64,000 nt of DNA from Methanocellales archaeon (GTDB lineage: Archaea > Halobacteriota > UBA148 > JAUWXC01), in the NCBI GenBank assembly GCA_030018435.1, contig JASEEY010000001.1, positions 11,038 to 75,037 on the forward strand, given 5' to 3'. Below, one piece after another: positions 8,611 through 19,947 of this stretch. The notes below the pieces were generated by a model. The model was not told the DNA's origin, did not search any database, and saw nothing but the letters and a program-made list of their open reading frames with translations. Position numbers and translations under genes: made by a program. Every line of letters begins with the position of its first letter. Positions within the stretch are counted from its first letter, which is position 1.

Positions 8611-8838
8611 ATGACTTGTTTAACGGCTTGTTTAACTTGCACGGTCTGGGATGTCATTGGAGTTCTCCTAATCATTGGAGGAGTAATACGGTTGACGGCA
8701 CCAGCATGGTGCAAGAAGAAGGGGATCTGCTTCGCAGAATGGTTGATGAAGTGGATACCAAAATGGAGCGATAATATGGTAAGGCTTCTGGGCCTGGTGT
8801 TGATAGTAATCGGTGCAGCGCTTGTATACTTTCAATAG
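8611..8838 (+). CDS. hypothetical 2-TM membrane protein
   Basis: 75 aa. Strong AGGAGGT Shine-Dalgarno 7 nt upstream of the ATG. Confidence 0.5.
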   Translation: MTCLTACLTCTVWDVIGVLLIIGGVIRLTAPAWCKKKGICFAEWLMKWIPKWSDNMVRLLGLVLIVIGAALVYFQ

Positions 8839-8843
8839 GTGGC

Positions 8844-9092
8844 TCATTTCGTCTTATTCACGCCAGCTTCATCAAGCAAAGCTTTAAGCTCATCTATTTT
8901 CGCTACAGGCATACTGATGCCTTGCTTTGTATATCCAGTGTAGCGCTCTGTTTCTACGAATTTACGAATGTCTACGCGCTGCTCACTCTTCCACTCCGTC
9001 AGCCTAACTATAATCTTAGTGGATTTGTCCAATTCAATTTTTCCGATTTCCTTATCGACCATGTTTATCACCCTGCTATTCATGGCATGCAT
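8844..9092 (-). CDS. putative PC4-like ssDNA-binding protein
   Basis: RVDIRKFVETERYTGYTKQGISM resembles the PC4-family core (DIREyy...KGIsL). Weak call. Confidence 0.35.
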   Translation of the reverse strand: MHAMNSRVINMVDKEIGKIELDKSTKIIVRLTEWKSEQRVDIRKFVETERYTGYTKQGISMPVAKIDELKALLDEAGVNKTK

Positions 9093-9194
9093 TTTAAACG
9101 TTTAAAGTTTAATAGTTTAAAGAACTTGGCATTTATTAAAAAGGTGACCAAACAATTAATAGCAGTAAATCACAATATCGCATGGAGGAATGAA

Positions 9195-9551
9195 ATGGAG
9201 GACGTAACCAACATATTTGAAAATACGGGCTCCAGCCTGATAAAAGGCATCATAGAGAGGGGTGGTGTCGTTTTAGGAGAGAAAATCGAGGGTTTTGCCG
9301 GCGTTCTGGTAGAGGACAAGGTGTACGCGGATGAGTTGCAAAAGAAAGTGGAAGAGCAAACAGGGGTGAAAGGCTACATTTCAACTGACGAGCTGCCTGC
9401 CTATGGAATCTCCAAGGAGGAAAAAGAGGCGGTAGAAGGCAGATTTGGTGTTAAAGGAAACGATGTCATCATCCTGGTGGCGGACGAAGAGAGCAAAGCA
9501 AGAAGGGCACTGGAAGTGATAAAAAAAGATATTTCCAAGCAAAAACGTTAG
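9195..9551 (+). CDS. hypothetical protein (118 aa)
   Basis: Internal ATG at 9195 with GGAGG upstream. The longer track ORF from 8922 overlaps the minus-strand gene at 8844-9092. Confidence 0.45.
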   Translation: MEDVTNIFENTGSSLIKGIIERGGVVLGEKIEGFAGVLVEDKVYADELQKKVEEQTGVKGYISTDELPAYGISKEEKEAVEGRFGVKGNDVIILVADEESKARRALEVIKKDISKQKR

Positions 9552-9552
9552 A

Positions 9553-10179
9553 CTAAATCCTCGTCCGGATATATTCCCGAATCTTACCCATCACTTCCTC
9601 TTCCATTGTATGCAGGTCCTTTTCAGCATCTATCTTAACGATTCTCCTTGGGGATTCGTCTGCCAATTTGAGATAATTCGCCTGTACCTTTTTCATGAAT
9701 TCGATATCTTCAAACTTTGTCGTTTTCTTCCTAGCATTGCACCTTTTTAGTGCTACGCTTGGAGAGACGAGCAGTAAAAACGTTAAATCGGGCGGTATCG
9801 TCCATCCCGCATGTATTCTCTTAACCCAGTCGATAGGATTCGCAAAACGATCTGCAAGCGTCGCGCCCTGGTACGCATATCTGCTATCGGAGTAGCGGTC
9901 TGATATGACGATCTTGCCCTCATCCAATGCAGGCTTGATCACCTTGGCGACATGCTCTGCATGATCTGCCACAAAAAGGAACAGCTCCGCCAATGGGTTC
10001 ACATCAGAGACAATCGACTTGCGAACGACGTCTCCTATCCATCCCAGCGTTGGTTCTGTTGTTAGTGTGATGTCGTAATCGTTTCCCAGATGTGCTGCAA
10101 TCCTCTTTGCCATGGTGCTTTTCCCAGACCCATCGATGCCTTCAAAGGTTATGAGGATGCCTTTTTGCAACCGACCCAT
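9553..10179 (-). CDS. tmk: thymidylate kinase
   Basis: GILITFEGIDGSGKST P-loop. 208 aa with Tmk-like overall layout. Confidence 0.85.
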   Translation of the reverse strand: MGRLQKGILITFEGIDGSGKSTMAKRIAAHLGNDYDITLTTEPTLGWIGDVVRKSIVSDVNPLAELFLFVADHAEHVAKVIKPALDEGKIVISDRYSDSRYAYQGATLADRFANPIDWVKRIHAGWTIPPDLTFLLLVSPSVALKRCNARKKTTKFEDIEFMKKVQANYLKLADESPRRIVKIDAEKDLHTMEEEVMGKIREYIRTRI

Positions 10180-10327
10180 GCATCACTTTTTAGCACCCAA
10201 GTGCTTTAAGGTTTCTAATTTACAAACTTTAAAGTAACAATGCATAGATTTGATGGTAAAACCGATGATGCAACAAAAGGGGTAGCAACTCCTTCAACCA
10301 AACCTGCCACAAAATACAAACCATCCA

Positions 10328-10570
10328 TTGGCGGCGTTATATTCACCGCATTCAACCCCCTTTCCCAGTATTATGGGCGTGGTCTTTTTGATCTTGGGAC
10401 ACTGGATATCCGATATGTCCTGGTGCTCGTTTGTTTCATACAGCACGAACAAAGCGAGAGAATTTTTAGATTCGACAAAATACAGAATAATTGCAGGTAT
10501 CCTCGGCGCCATCATGATGGCATTTGGTCCTTACCTATTCGTCAAATATGGAATGCCATTGTACCTCTAA
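10328..10570 (+). CDS. hypothetical small membrane protein
   Basis: 80-aa ORF with two hydrophobic helices. Preferred over the overlapping 10240-10578 frame. Confidence 0.3.
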   Translation: MAALYSPHSTPFPSIMGVVFLILGHWISDMSWCSFVSYSTNKAREFLDSTKYRIIAGILGAIMMAFGPYLFVKYGMPLYL

Positions 10571-10640
10571 CCCTTTAGGCAAACAAAAGCTTCATTAGGA
10601 AAAAAGTGCTATTAGACCAGAAAGGGTACAGGTGTGAAAC

Positions 10641-12116
10641 GTGTTTACGAAGAAACTGGATGCCCCCGTAGGAGTTACTTTTGAAGATGTGCTGCTTCTG
10701 CCTGGCAAATCCAGGGTCGAGCCAAACCAGGCGAATGTCACGTCACGATTTTCAAAAAATATCTCACTCAACATTCCGATTGTGAGTGCTGCCATGGATA
10801 CGGTTACCGAGGCAAACATGGCAATTGCCATTGCCAGGGAGGGCGGCATAGGCGTAATTCACAGAAACATGAGCAAGGAGCAGCAAGTGGCGCAGATCAG
10901 GGAAGTTAAGAAGGCAGATGAATTGTTGGTAAGAGAAGTGGTTACCGTCAAGCCTGATGTCCCTATCCAAGCGGTATGGCGCCTCATGACCGAGGAAGAG
11001 GTTAGTGGTATTTCGGTTGTTGATAGCGCTGGCAAATTAGTTGGAATCGTCAGCCGGAGAGATGTGAGGCCTATCATAGAGTCTGAACCGACAAAAAGCG
11101 TGAAAGAGGTGATGACAAAAGACGTGGTCACAGCACACGAGAGCATATCCTTGGAAGGTGCGCTGGACAAAATGTATGAGCACAAGGTAGAGCGGTTGCC
11201 GATTGTAGATAAAAAGGGCAACCTTAAGGGTATAATATCTATGCAAGAACTCCTCCAGCGACGTCAGCATCCTCTGGCAATTAGGGATAATGAGGGGTTG
11301 CTCATGGTCGCAGCTGCGGTAAGCCCATTCGATGTAGATAGAGCGGTCGCCCTGGATAATGCTGGAGCTGATGTGCTCTTGGTGGACTGCGCTCATGCAC
11401 ACAATATGAATGTTGTAGACGGTGCCAGAAAGATCAAGAAAAAGGTCGATGCGGATGTGATAGTGGGGAATATCGCAACGGCAGAAGCGGCAAAGGAACT
11501 GGTTGATTTTGTAGACGGTGTCAAGGTCGGCGTAGGTCCTGGTTCGATTTGCACGACGAGGGTGGTAGCAGGAGTTGGCGTACCACAGATCACAGCGGTT
11601 GCGTCGGTAGCGGATGTTACGAGCAAATACGATGTTCCAGTGATTGCAGATGGTGGGATCAGATACTCGGGGGATATCGCAAAGGCGATTGCTGCCGGTG
11701 CCAACGTTGTCATGCTTGGCAACTTGCTCGCTGGTACAGATGAGGCCCCCGGCAAGCCGATTACAATCAAGGGACGGCGATACAAACAGTATAGAGGTAT
11801 GGGCTCTCTTGGAGCAATGACCGGCGGTGAGAGTATGGATCGATATCTCCGGAAGAGAGTAGAGGCAATCGGAGCAACGAAGTTCGTGCCAGAGGGGATC
11901 GAAGGGGCGATACCATACTCTGGAACCGTCAAGGATATGCTGTACCAATTGATTGGTGGATTGCGCTCTGCAATGGGATATGTTGGAGCGGGGAACATCG
12001 CAGAGATGCATAAAAAGGCGAAATTCATCAGAATCACGCCATCAGGATACATAGAGGGCCATCCACACGACGTCCTAATCACGGATGAAGCGCCAAACTA
12101 CCCCATGAAGGATTAA
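10641..12116 (+). CDS. guaB: IMP dehydrogenase with CBS pair
   Basis: GGIGVIHRN, CBS pair, catalytic GVGPGSICTTR, GGIRYSGD, MLGN. 491 aa. Confidence 0.95.
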   Translation: MFTKKLDAPVGVTFEDVLLLPGKSRVEPNQANVTSRFSKNISLNIPIVSAAMDTVTEANMAIAIAREGGIGVIHRNMSKEQQVAQIREVKKADELLVREVVTVKPDVPIQAVWRLMTEEEVSGISVVDSAGKLVGIVSRRDVRPIIESEPTKSVKEVMTKDVVTAHESISLEGALDKMYEHKVERLPIVDKKGNLKGIISMQELLQRRQHPLAIRDNEGLLMVAAAVSPFDVDRAVALDNAGADVLLVDCAHAHNMNVVDGARKIKKKVDADVIVGNIATAEAAKELVDFVDGVKVGVGPGSICTTRVVAGVGVPQITAVASVADVTSKYDVPVIADGGIRYSGDIAKAIAAGANVVMLGNLLAGTDEAPGKPITIKGRRYKQYRGMGSLGAMTGGESMDRYLRKRVEAIGATKFVPEGIEGAIPYSGTVKDMLYQLIGGLRSAMGYVGAGNIAEMHKKAKFIRITPSGYIEGHPHDVLITDEAPNYPMKD

Positions 12117-12163
12117 TTTTATATATCAATATCACTAACTAAAAGTTAGTAACCTAAAGTTAG
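12117..12163. promoter_or_regulatory. promoter of the heat-shock operon: TATA-like tttatatat plus CTAAC-N5-GTTAG palindrome (12135-12149) and a second GTTAG half-site (12159-12163)
   Basis: Seen directly: atcaCTAACtaaaaGTTAGtaacctaaaGTTAGtgag. From memory, this palindrome is the binding site reported for the A. fulgidus heat shock regulator HSR1. Confidence 0.55.
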
Positions 12164-12171
12164 TGAGAAAA

Positions 12172-12807
12172 ATGGATTCAGCGCAGCTATTAGACATCCT
12201 TGGCAACGAGAATAGAAGGAGAATACTCCAATTGCTTTCGCGTAGACCGTACTATATATCTGAGATTTCAGATCGATTAGACGTCGGTCCCAAAGCCATC
12301 ATCGAGCATCTGGATTTGCTCTCAAGTGTTGGTCTCGTTGAATTTCACACCGATAATCAGCGGCGCAAGTACTGCCACATTGCCCATAACGTCAGATTAG
12401 ATGTATTCGTTTCCCCACATTCATACGAGGTTGAGAGTGAGCCGGTAGAGATCGACACGAAAGAGCGGAAGCGATTGCGCCAAGAGTATGGCTCCATCAA
12501 TGCATTGTCAAACTTTAGCGATGAATTACAACGACTGATGTCCTTGCGCCAAGAATTGATGCTTGCACAGCGATCTACCCAAGCGATGATTTCAGAGTTA
12601 ATGGATGTGTGCGCTGAAACCATCGAACGCATCTCATCAGATTATTTAGAGGGCGAAATACTATTGTCCTTGATGAGGGGGGGGCAAACAACAGAAGCGC
12701 TTTCTGAGGAGCTGAACATTCCTCTATACGAAGCCAAAAAAGGATTATATCAACTGAAAGAAAAAGGAATTATCAAAAAAGATCGGGAGAAGTGGCACGT
12801 TAGATAG
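12172..12807 (+). CDS. winged-HTH (ArsR-like) transcription regulator, HSR1-like heat-shock regulator
   Basis: NENRRRILQLLSRRPYYISEISDRLDVGPKAIIEHLDLLSSVGLVEF is an ArsR-type HTH. It is the first gene of the regulator-cdc48-hsp20 operon. ATG at 12172; the track uses GTG at 12163. Confidence 0.7.
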   Translation: MDSAQLLDILGNENRRRILQLLSRRPYYISEISDRLDVGPKAIIEHLDLLSSVGLVEFHTDNQRRKYCHIAHNVRLDVFVSPHSYEVESEPVEIDTKERKRLRQEYGSINALSNFSDELQRLMSLRQELMLAQRSTQAMISELMDVCAETIERISSDYLEGEILLSLMRGGQTTEALSEELNIPLYEAKKGLYQLKEKGIIKKDREKWHVR

Positions 12808-12811
12808 GTGA

Positions 12812-15004
<2,193 letters not shown>

Positions 15005-15022
15005 AATGAGAGGAGGAATAAA

Positions 15023-15529
15023 ATGAAGAAGAAAAGAAGAAGCCCGTTTGACATATTCGGTGAGGACTGGCCTGATATATTTGGCGATGATTTTTACGAG
15101 AGATGGAAGAATTTGATAGAGAGAATGATGTCAGGAGAATTGGAAGGACCTGGTATCTATGGGTTCTCTGTGACAAGCCGACCAGGAGAGGAGCCGGAGA
15201 TTAGGGAGTTCGGAAATATACGCCCCTATGCTGGTGACATTGAGATAGGCGAACGCCGCCCCATCGTTGACGTGTTCGAATCAGATGAGGAGGTACAAGT
15301 GGTAGCGGAAATGCCAGGCGTCGAGAAAGATGACATCAAATTAGATGCAACCGAGACTTCGTTGGATATCAGCGCCAAAACGAGAGACAGGGAGTATTCT
15401 GAGCGCGTAGCCCTTCCGGCAAGAGTGGATCCCAACTCGGCAAAAGCCAGCTACAAGAACGGTGTGCTTGAAGTAATTCTCATGCGGGTTGAACCAAAAG
15501 AGAAGAGGCCCCCCATCAAAGTGGAGTGA
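15023..15529 (+). CDS. hsp20: small heat shock protein Hsp20 (alpha-crystallin domain)
   Basis: [19 protein letters not shown]...NGVLEVIL is the alpha-crystallin core. 18 nt downstream of cdc48 with a GAGGAGGA RBS. Confidence 0.85.
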   Translation: MKKKRRSPFDIFGEDWPDIFGDDFYERWKNLIERMMSGELEGPGIYGFSVTSRPGEEPEIREFGNIRPYAGDIEIGERRPIVDVFESDEEVQVVAEMPGVEKDDIKLDATETSLDISAKTRDREYSERVALPARVDPNSAKASYKNGVLEVILMRVEPKEKRPPIKVE

Positions 15530-15561
15530 GAGCTCACTTTTTCTTTTTTGCTGACATTAAA

Positions 15562-15790
15562 TAGCGGGGAGTGGATTTGAACCACTGATCTACGGGTATC
15601 CCACGATTTTCGAAAGGGGCGATCGTTTAGTACACTGCTTCAGGTGCACTTTCTTTTTTTGTATTTATAATCATAGTACTGTTGAATGAAGCGAATGTAG
15701 CACATTTTGACTAAATTGTTTTTGATCAACCTTTTTCTTAAAAAGGTTGGTTATGAGCCCGTCGGGATCTCCTGACTACCCCACCCCGCT
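15562..15790 (-). tRNA. tRNA-Met(CAU), initiator-like (A1:U72, three G:C pairs in the anticodon stem), with intron of about 154 nt (15598-15751) at 37/38
   Basis: Hand-folded from the reverse complement. 5' exon: AGCGGGGUGGGGUAGUCAGGAGAUCCCGACGGGCUCAUA. 3' exon: ACCCGUAGAUCAGUGGUUCAAAUCCACUCCCCGCU-A. Anticodon stem ACGGG/CCCGU, loop CUCAUAA, GGUUCAAAUCC T-loop. Confidence 0.7.
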
Positions 15791-15811
15791 ATGGTGTTAT
15801 ATAAGCCACAT

Positions 15812-16120
15812 CTATGTCTTGATGCTCTCTCGTTTGCTCAGCGTTGCCTGAATCTCGTCCAGCAACTCGTCCTCGGTCTTACCCTCGGTGGCAATGCCAA
15901 GCTCCTCTGCCATCTTTATTACCTTGCCTTTCTTCGCTCCCTTTGGTGCAGCTTCTAGGGATCGTTCAAACTCGCTCAATTCTTTCTCAGCTTCTCTCTG
16001 CGCCTTCTTGAACTCACCCATGGATTTGCCTACCGAGCGAGCCAGCTCTGGCAACTTCGACGCTCCAAAGAGGAGGATGATGATTACGCCTATGATCATT
16101 ATCTCATTTGGACCGATCAT
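15812..16120 (-). CDS. tatA: Tat translocase TatA/E-family protein
   Basis: N-terminal TM helix MIGPNEIMIIGVIIILLFGASKLPE followed by an amphipathic helix and an acidic tail. Confidence 0.85.
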   Translation of the reverse strand: MIGPNEIMIIGVIIILLFGASKLPELARSVGKSMGEFKKAQREAEKELSEFERSLEAAPKGAKKGKVIKMAEELGIATEGKTEDELLDEIQATLSKRESIKT

Positions 16121-16157
16121 TGATTTTCCACCTCATTCCAATATCTTGTCAACAATA

Positions 16158-16466
16158 TTAAACGTTCTGTTCCTCGGCTCGCTTCCTCAACTCTTTTTGA
16201 ATCTCATCCAGCAGTTCATCGTCAGTCTTGCCCTCGGTTTTGATTTTCAACTCCTCGGCCACCCTCTTTATCCTATCAACTTCCCCTTTTTCGGCCGCCC
16301 TCTTGGAGTACTGGAACTCGCTTAACTCGTACTCCGCTTCTTTCTGCGCCTTCTTGAACTCACCCATCGCCTTACCCATCGCCCTTGCCATCTCTGGTAG
16401 TTTATCTGTACCGAACAGCAGCAGTATTATTACAAATATCAGCAGTGTCTCCGTTGGTCCTATCAT
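16158..16466 (-). CDS. tatA: Tat translocase TatA/E-family protein (tandem paralog)
   Basis: MIGPTETLLIFVIILLLFGTDKLPEMARAMGKAMGEFKKAQKE has the same architecture as 15812-16120. Confidence 0.85.
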   Translation of the reverse strand: MIGPTETLLIFVIILLLFGTDKLPEMARAMGKAMGEFKKAQKEAEYELSEFQYSKRAAEKGEVDRIKRVAEELKIKTEGKTDDELLDEIQKELRKRAEEQNV

Positions 16467-16585
16467 CGAAACTACTCTTTCTGTTCAACTTTGACTTAAG
16501 GATTTTGGATATAAAAGGGCAAAGCGATGGAATGTATTACCGCATCGCTAAAACACGTAGGATAGATGCGCCTAAATCAAAGCGC

Positions 16586-16726
16586 CTATACGCCAATTCT
16601 AAATACCTTGGTGCCGCATCTGGGGCAAGTTCCCTTTGTCGCTCTCCTCTTGTTTTTCATGGTTACTTGCTGCGGATTCTGCATCGTCACTTTCTTCTTA
16701 CACTTCACACAATAGGCCTCTACCAT
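16586..16726 (-). CDS. 46-aa zinc-ribbon protein (CxxC...CPxCG), below the ORF-track cutoff
   Basis: Own translation: MVEAYCVKCKKKVTMQNPQQVTMKNKRRATKGTCPRCGTKVFRIG. AGGAGGT lies 5 nt upstream of the ATG and an A/T-rich box sits further upstream. Confidence 0.6.
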   Translation of the reverse strand: MVEAYCVKCKKKVTMQNPQQVTMKNKRRATKGTCPRCGTKVFRIGV

Positions 16727-16782
16727 TGTATACCTCCTTTTTTATTTTTAGAATGATGCCACCCATTAAAAACATTTCTCAA

Positions 16783-17103
16783 TCACTTAACTATCTCTGG
16801 AACGAATTTTGAGGCCCTGTACATTTGCACGCCCCTTCCGGCTACCCAAGAGGCACAATAACCCATAACGTATAAAAAGCCCACTTTGATCATCGCGCTA
16901 ATCACTCCGCCAAAAAGGTCTTGCGGGTCGGATTCAATAATGGACCCTGGAGACATGATCGAGGAGTATGCTATGTAGAACACCGTGCAGAGCAGGACGA
17001 TCCCAAATAAGAATACTGCAATGCCTAGAAACTTGCCGTGCACATCAATCTCAATTTTTTGCTTGACCGTCTTGGGTTTAGCCTTATCAACGCTCTCTTT
17101 CAT
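16783..17103 (-). CDS. hypothetical membrane protein (106 aa)
   Basis: The internal start MKESVDK avoids overlap with the upstream PurM-like gene. Two hydrophobic helices. Confidence 0.4.
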   Translation of the reverse strand: MKESVDKAKPKTVKQKIEIDVHGKFLGIAVFLFGIVLLCTVFYIAYSSIMSPGSIIESDPQDLFGGVISAMIKVGFLYVMGYCASWVAGRGVQMYRASKFVPEIVK

Positions 17104-17113
17104 ACTACCCCCG

Positions 17114-18442
17114 TCACTTATTCCGCTCAAGAATAAATTTGATTGCGTCCATCTTCTTTTGCACTGCACTCTCAGCCGCCCTGTCCACCTTGGCGCGCAT
17201 CTCTGAAACGTCGAGACTGGCTGACTCGCCCACGACCTTCTTGATGGGCGTATAGGCGGACTCCCTGAATTTTGGAGTAAGATCGATGCGCTTATCATCC
17301 CTGATAAGCTGGGCTCCTGCGCCTCTTTCGACGCGCCCCACTATGTCAGCTGCGATACCATGCTCTCGCAACAATTGCAGCGCGTGCATCACCACCTCAG
17401 GTGGAGCAATTACTAAAAGCGCATCCAGCGAGACGCCCAAATAATCGACGCTCAACTCGTCCAACATCCCCAGCACAGCGGGATTGACAAGCGAGCGGAG
17501 TTTCTCCTCCTCAAAAACGAGTTTTGCTCCGCTGACTTTTGAGATTTCGGCTGCATCTCCTCTAATCCCGCCGTTGGTAACATCGGTCATTGCGTGTATT
17601 TTTGGAGCAAATCCTGCATCCAACAGCACCAGGCATGCTCTCAAAAATCTCACATTTAGCGTTTCGCGCACGATGTGCGACCGACCAAAGTAGAGGGCTG
17701 TGGTGGAGATGGTACCTCCGCCAGCACCTTCAGTCATCAAAATTAGATCGCCGGGTCGCGCATCTTTGCGGGGCGTCAAATTATCGGCGATGCCAACCGC
17801 GCCGACACAACCAGTCATCCTGTCGCCGATTACCATGTCTCCTCCAATGCGAAGCGTACTTCCCGTGATCAGCGGTACGTTGACTAGTTCTGATACAGCA
17901 GCAGCACCAGCCGTATAATCGAATATCTTGGCAATATCGCCATCATCGGCTAGATGAACATCTGAGAAGAGCGCAACCGGGCGGGCACCCATGACGTAGA
18001 TATCGCGCAGCGCCGCCCTCGTAACATGAAACCCAGCCAAGAAGGGGAAATCGCTTAACCGCGAATGCATTCCGTCGACCGTTACAACTACATATTTTCC
18101 ATTCACGGAGACTACGCCAGAATCGTCCAGCTGACGAGAGTCGATAAATGCTCCAGTATCTCCGATGATCTCAGCGATCTTTTTGTGTGTGTAAAAATCA
18201 CCTTCGCCCCTGGAGCCAACACCAAATTCGCCCATCGTGATACCAGAGGGTGCGAACGAGATCAAATCATCTTCCAGATGAGACGTCGTCTCCACCTCCC
18301 CTAGGATGGCTTTGGCCAAGGCTTGAGCTTCGCTGGGGGATATATCCTTAATCTCAATGATGCGATCTGTCAGTTTTTTAAGAACGGTGTTATAACTTTC
18401 GCCCCTACGCAGAGCCCTTCTAGCATAGCCTTCAAGATCCAT
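17114..18442 (-). CDS. PurM/HypE-superfamily (AIR synthase-related) protein with N-terminal extension
   Basis: 442 aa. PurM-like N and C domains (DDSGVV, GDMVIGD-like regions). The specific family is not resolved. Confidence 0.6.
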   Translation of the reverse strand: MDLEGYARRALRRGESYNTVLKKLTDRIIEIKDISPSEAQALAKAILGEVETTSHLEDDLISFAPSGITMGEFGVGSRGEGDFYTHKKIAEIIGDTGAFIDSRQLDDSGVVSVNGKYVVVTVDGMHSRLSDFPFLAGFHVTRAALRDIYVMGARPVALFSDVHLADDGDIAKIFDYTAGAAAVSELVNVPLITGSTLRIGGDMVIGDRMTGCVGAVGIADNLTPRKDARPGDLILMTEGAGGGTISTTALYFGRSHIVRETLNVRFLRACLVLLDAGFAPKIHAMTDVTNGGIRGDAAEISKVSGAKLVFEEEKLRSLVNPAVLGMLDELSVDYLGVSLDALLVIAPPEVVMHALQLLREHGIAADIVGRVERGAGAQLIRDDKRIDLTPKFRESAYTPIKKVVGESASLDVSEMRAKVDRAAESAVQKKMDAIKFILERNK

Positions 18443-18453
18443 CTTTTCCTCAA

Positions 18454-18528
18454 TGCTCCGGTGGGGATTTGAACCCCAGTCTTGGGAGTGAGAGTCCCAA
18501 ATGATTGGCCGAGCTACACTACCGGAGC
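18454..18528 (-). tRNA. tRNA-Glu(CUC), no intron
   Basis: Reverse complement: GCUCCGGUAGUGUAGCUCGGCCAAUCAUUUGGGACUCUCACUCCCAAGACUGGGGUUCAAAUCCCCACCGGAGC. Anticodon stem UGGGA/UCCCA, loop CUCUCAC. Confidence 0.8.
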
Positions 18529-18609
18529 AATAACACCAAAGTAGTTAGGTAATAATTAGTCTTTCGTCTCAAAACTTTTATGTCATAAGCGATAAGGTTC
18601 TCCTAGGAA

Positions 18610-18900
18610 GTGACATCATTGGGCAAACCCATATTAATCGATTTCTATGCAGACTGGTGCCCGCCATGCAAGGCGCAGACGCCGATCATAGAGGAGTTGG
18701 AGAGCAAATTCGGCAACAGGGTGACGTTCAGGAAGGTAAACGTGGATAAAGACAGACAAATGGCAACGAGATACGGCGTGCGCAGCATCCCAATGCTGGT
18801 CATTGAAGTCGATGGCAAAATAGTCAAACAATTTGTCGGACTTACACAGGCTGATGCACTAGAGACCGTACTTAATGAGGCGTTATCATCGTCTAAATGA
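18610..18900 (+). CDS. trx: thioredoxin
   Basis: WCPPCK active site in a Trx fold of about 96 aa. Confidence 0.85.
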   Translation: MTSLGKPILIDFYADWCPPCKAQTPIIEELESKFGNRVTFRKVNVDKDRQMATRYGVRSIPMLVIEVDGKIVKQFVGLTQADALETVLNEALSSSK

Positions 18901-18969
18901 ATTCTTGCCTTTGATACACTTATATATACATTGAGATACAACTCCCTCTGAGAGAGGGGTGGGAGCCTT

Positions 18970-19947
18970 TTGAATAGGTTGATCGATCTCGGTGTATTGC
19001 CCATAAGAATTAAAGGATTTAGAGGGTATAAACCACATTTCTCGGTACTGTTTAGATTTGGGCGCCAGCGCGTATTTGGGGTCGATACGTCTTATTCCCC
19101 CAATGTGGAGCAGTTCCTTCTGATCACGCACGCGCACTCGGATCACCATGGTAACTCGGCAATGCTCTCTCCCAAATCCGTGGCATCTGAAAAGACGGCT
19201 AAAGCGCTTGAAATCAGGTATAAGCGCAGGTTTACTGGAATGACATTCAAGACCGGCGAGGTTATAGACATAGATAGTGTCAAAGTCCACACCTATACAA
19301 CTGGGCACACCATCGGCGCGACGGCTTTTTCTTGGGAAAACGAAGTTGGAGCGCGTATACTGGCAACAGGAGATGTGAAGGATATATCGCGTCTCCCAAA
19401 ATGCGAGGTTCTGATTACGGAGGCAAATTACGGCGATCCTCTAAATCCCCAATGCAGATTTGAGGACGACACAGAGGGCTTTAAGGCTGCCATCAGAGAG
19501 GGTGTAGCGTTTGGCGCATATCCATTTGGTAAAGCGCAGAGAGCTATTGAATTACTCAGGCATTTTGGCTATCACGATGAGGTCGAGATGGAGCACGAAT
19601 CCCTGGAGCTGACCAGACAATTGATGGAGGGCACTGGACCACTGGTCTGCCTGGGAGAGAACGGGGGTAAAATGGGCATCGTTCCTCCATGGTATTTACA
19701 CCGCTTGCCAGATCGTCTTGACAAATTCGTTTTGACTGGACGAGGGTGTCGGCCACATAAGCGAATTAGAATAAGCGACCACCTCGATTTCAATGGTCTG
19801 GTGAAAATGGTGGAAAAGTGCAGCCCAGAGATGACAATTGTATATCACCCAACGGGAGACATGCCAGCAAAATTCGTCCGGTATCTGAACGAAAACGGAT
19901 TTACAGCAATCTCTATAGACGAAATCACGAACGTGGTCTTCGCATGA
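18970..19947 (+). CDS. metallo-beta-lactamase fold hydrolase
   Basis: HAHSDHHG metal-binding motif. 325 aa. Confidence 0.65.
   Translation: MNRLIDLGVLPIRIKGFRGYKPHFSVLFRFGRQRVFGVDTSYSPNVEQFLLITHAHSDHHGNSAMLSPKSVASEKTAKALEIRYKRRFTGMTFKTGEVIDIDSVKVHTYTTGHTIGATAFSWENEVGARILATGDVKDISRLPKCEVLITEANYGDPLNPQCRFEDDTEGFKAAIREGVAFGAYPFGKAQRAIELLRHFGYHDEVEMEHESLELTRQLMEGTGPLVCLGENGGKMGIVPPWYLHRLPDRLDKFVLTGRGCRPHKRIRISDHLDFNGLVKMVEKCSPEMTIVYHPTGDMPAKFVRYLNENGFTAISIDEITNVVFA

Noticed and set aside
8922-9194. N-terminal 91 codons of track ORF 8922-9551
   Set aside because: They overlap the minus-strand gene at 8844-9092. An internal ATG at 9195 with a GGAGG RBS gives a non-overlapping 118-aa product.
10859-12082. 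Long minus-strand ORFs 11037-12011 and 11393-12082
   Set aside because: They are antisense to guaB, whose IMPDH motifs are unambiguous. These are typical GC-rich antisense shadows.
16385-16756. Plus-strand ORF 16385-16756
   Set aside because: It is antisense to the 46-aa zinc-ribbon gene, which has a strong RBS and a coherent Cys pattern. The plus-strand product looks non-protein-like.
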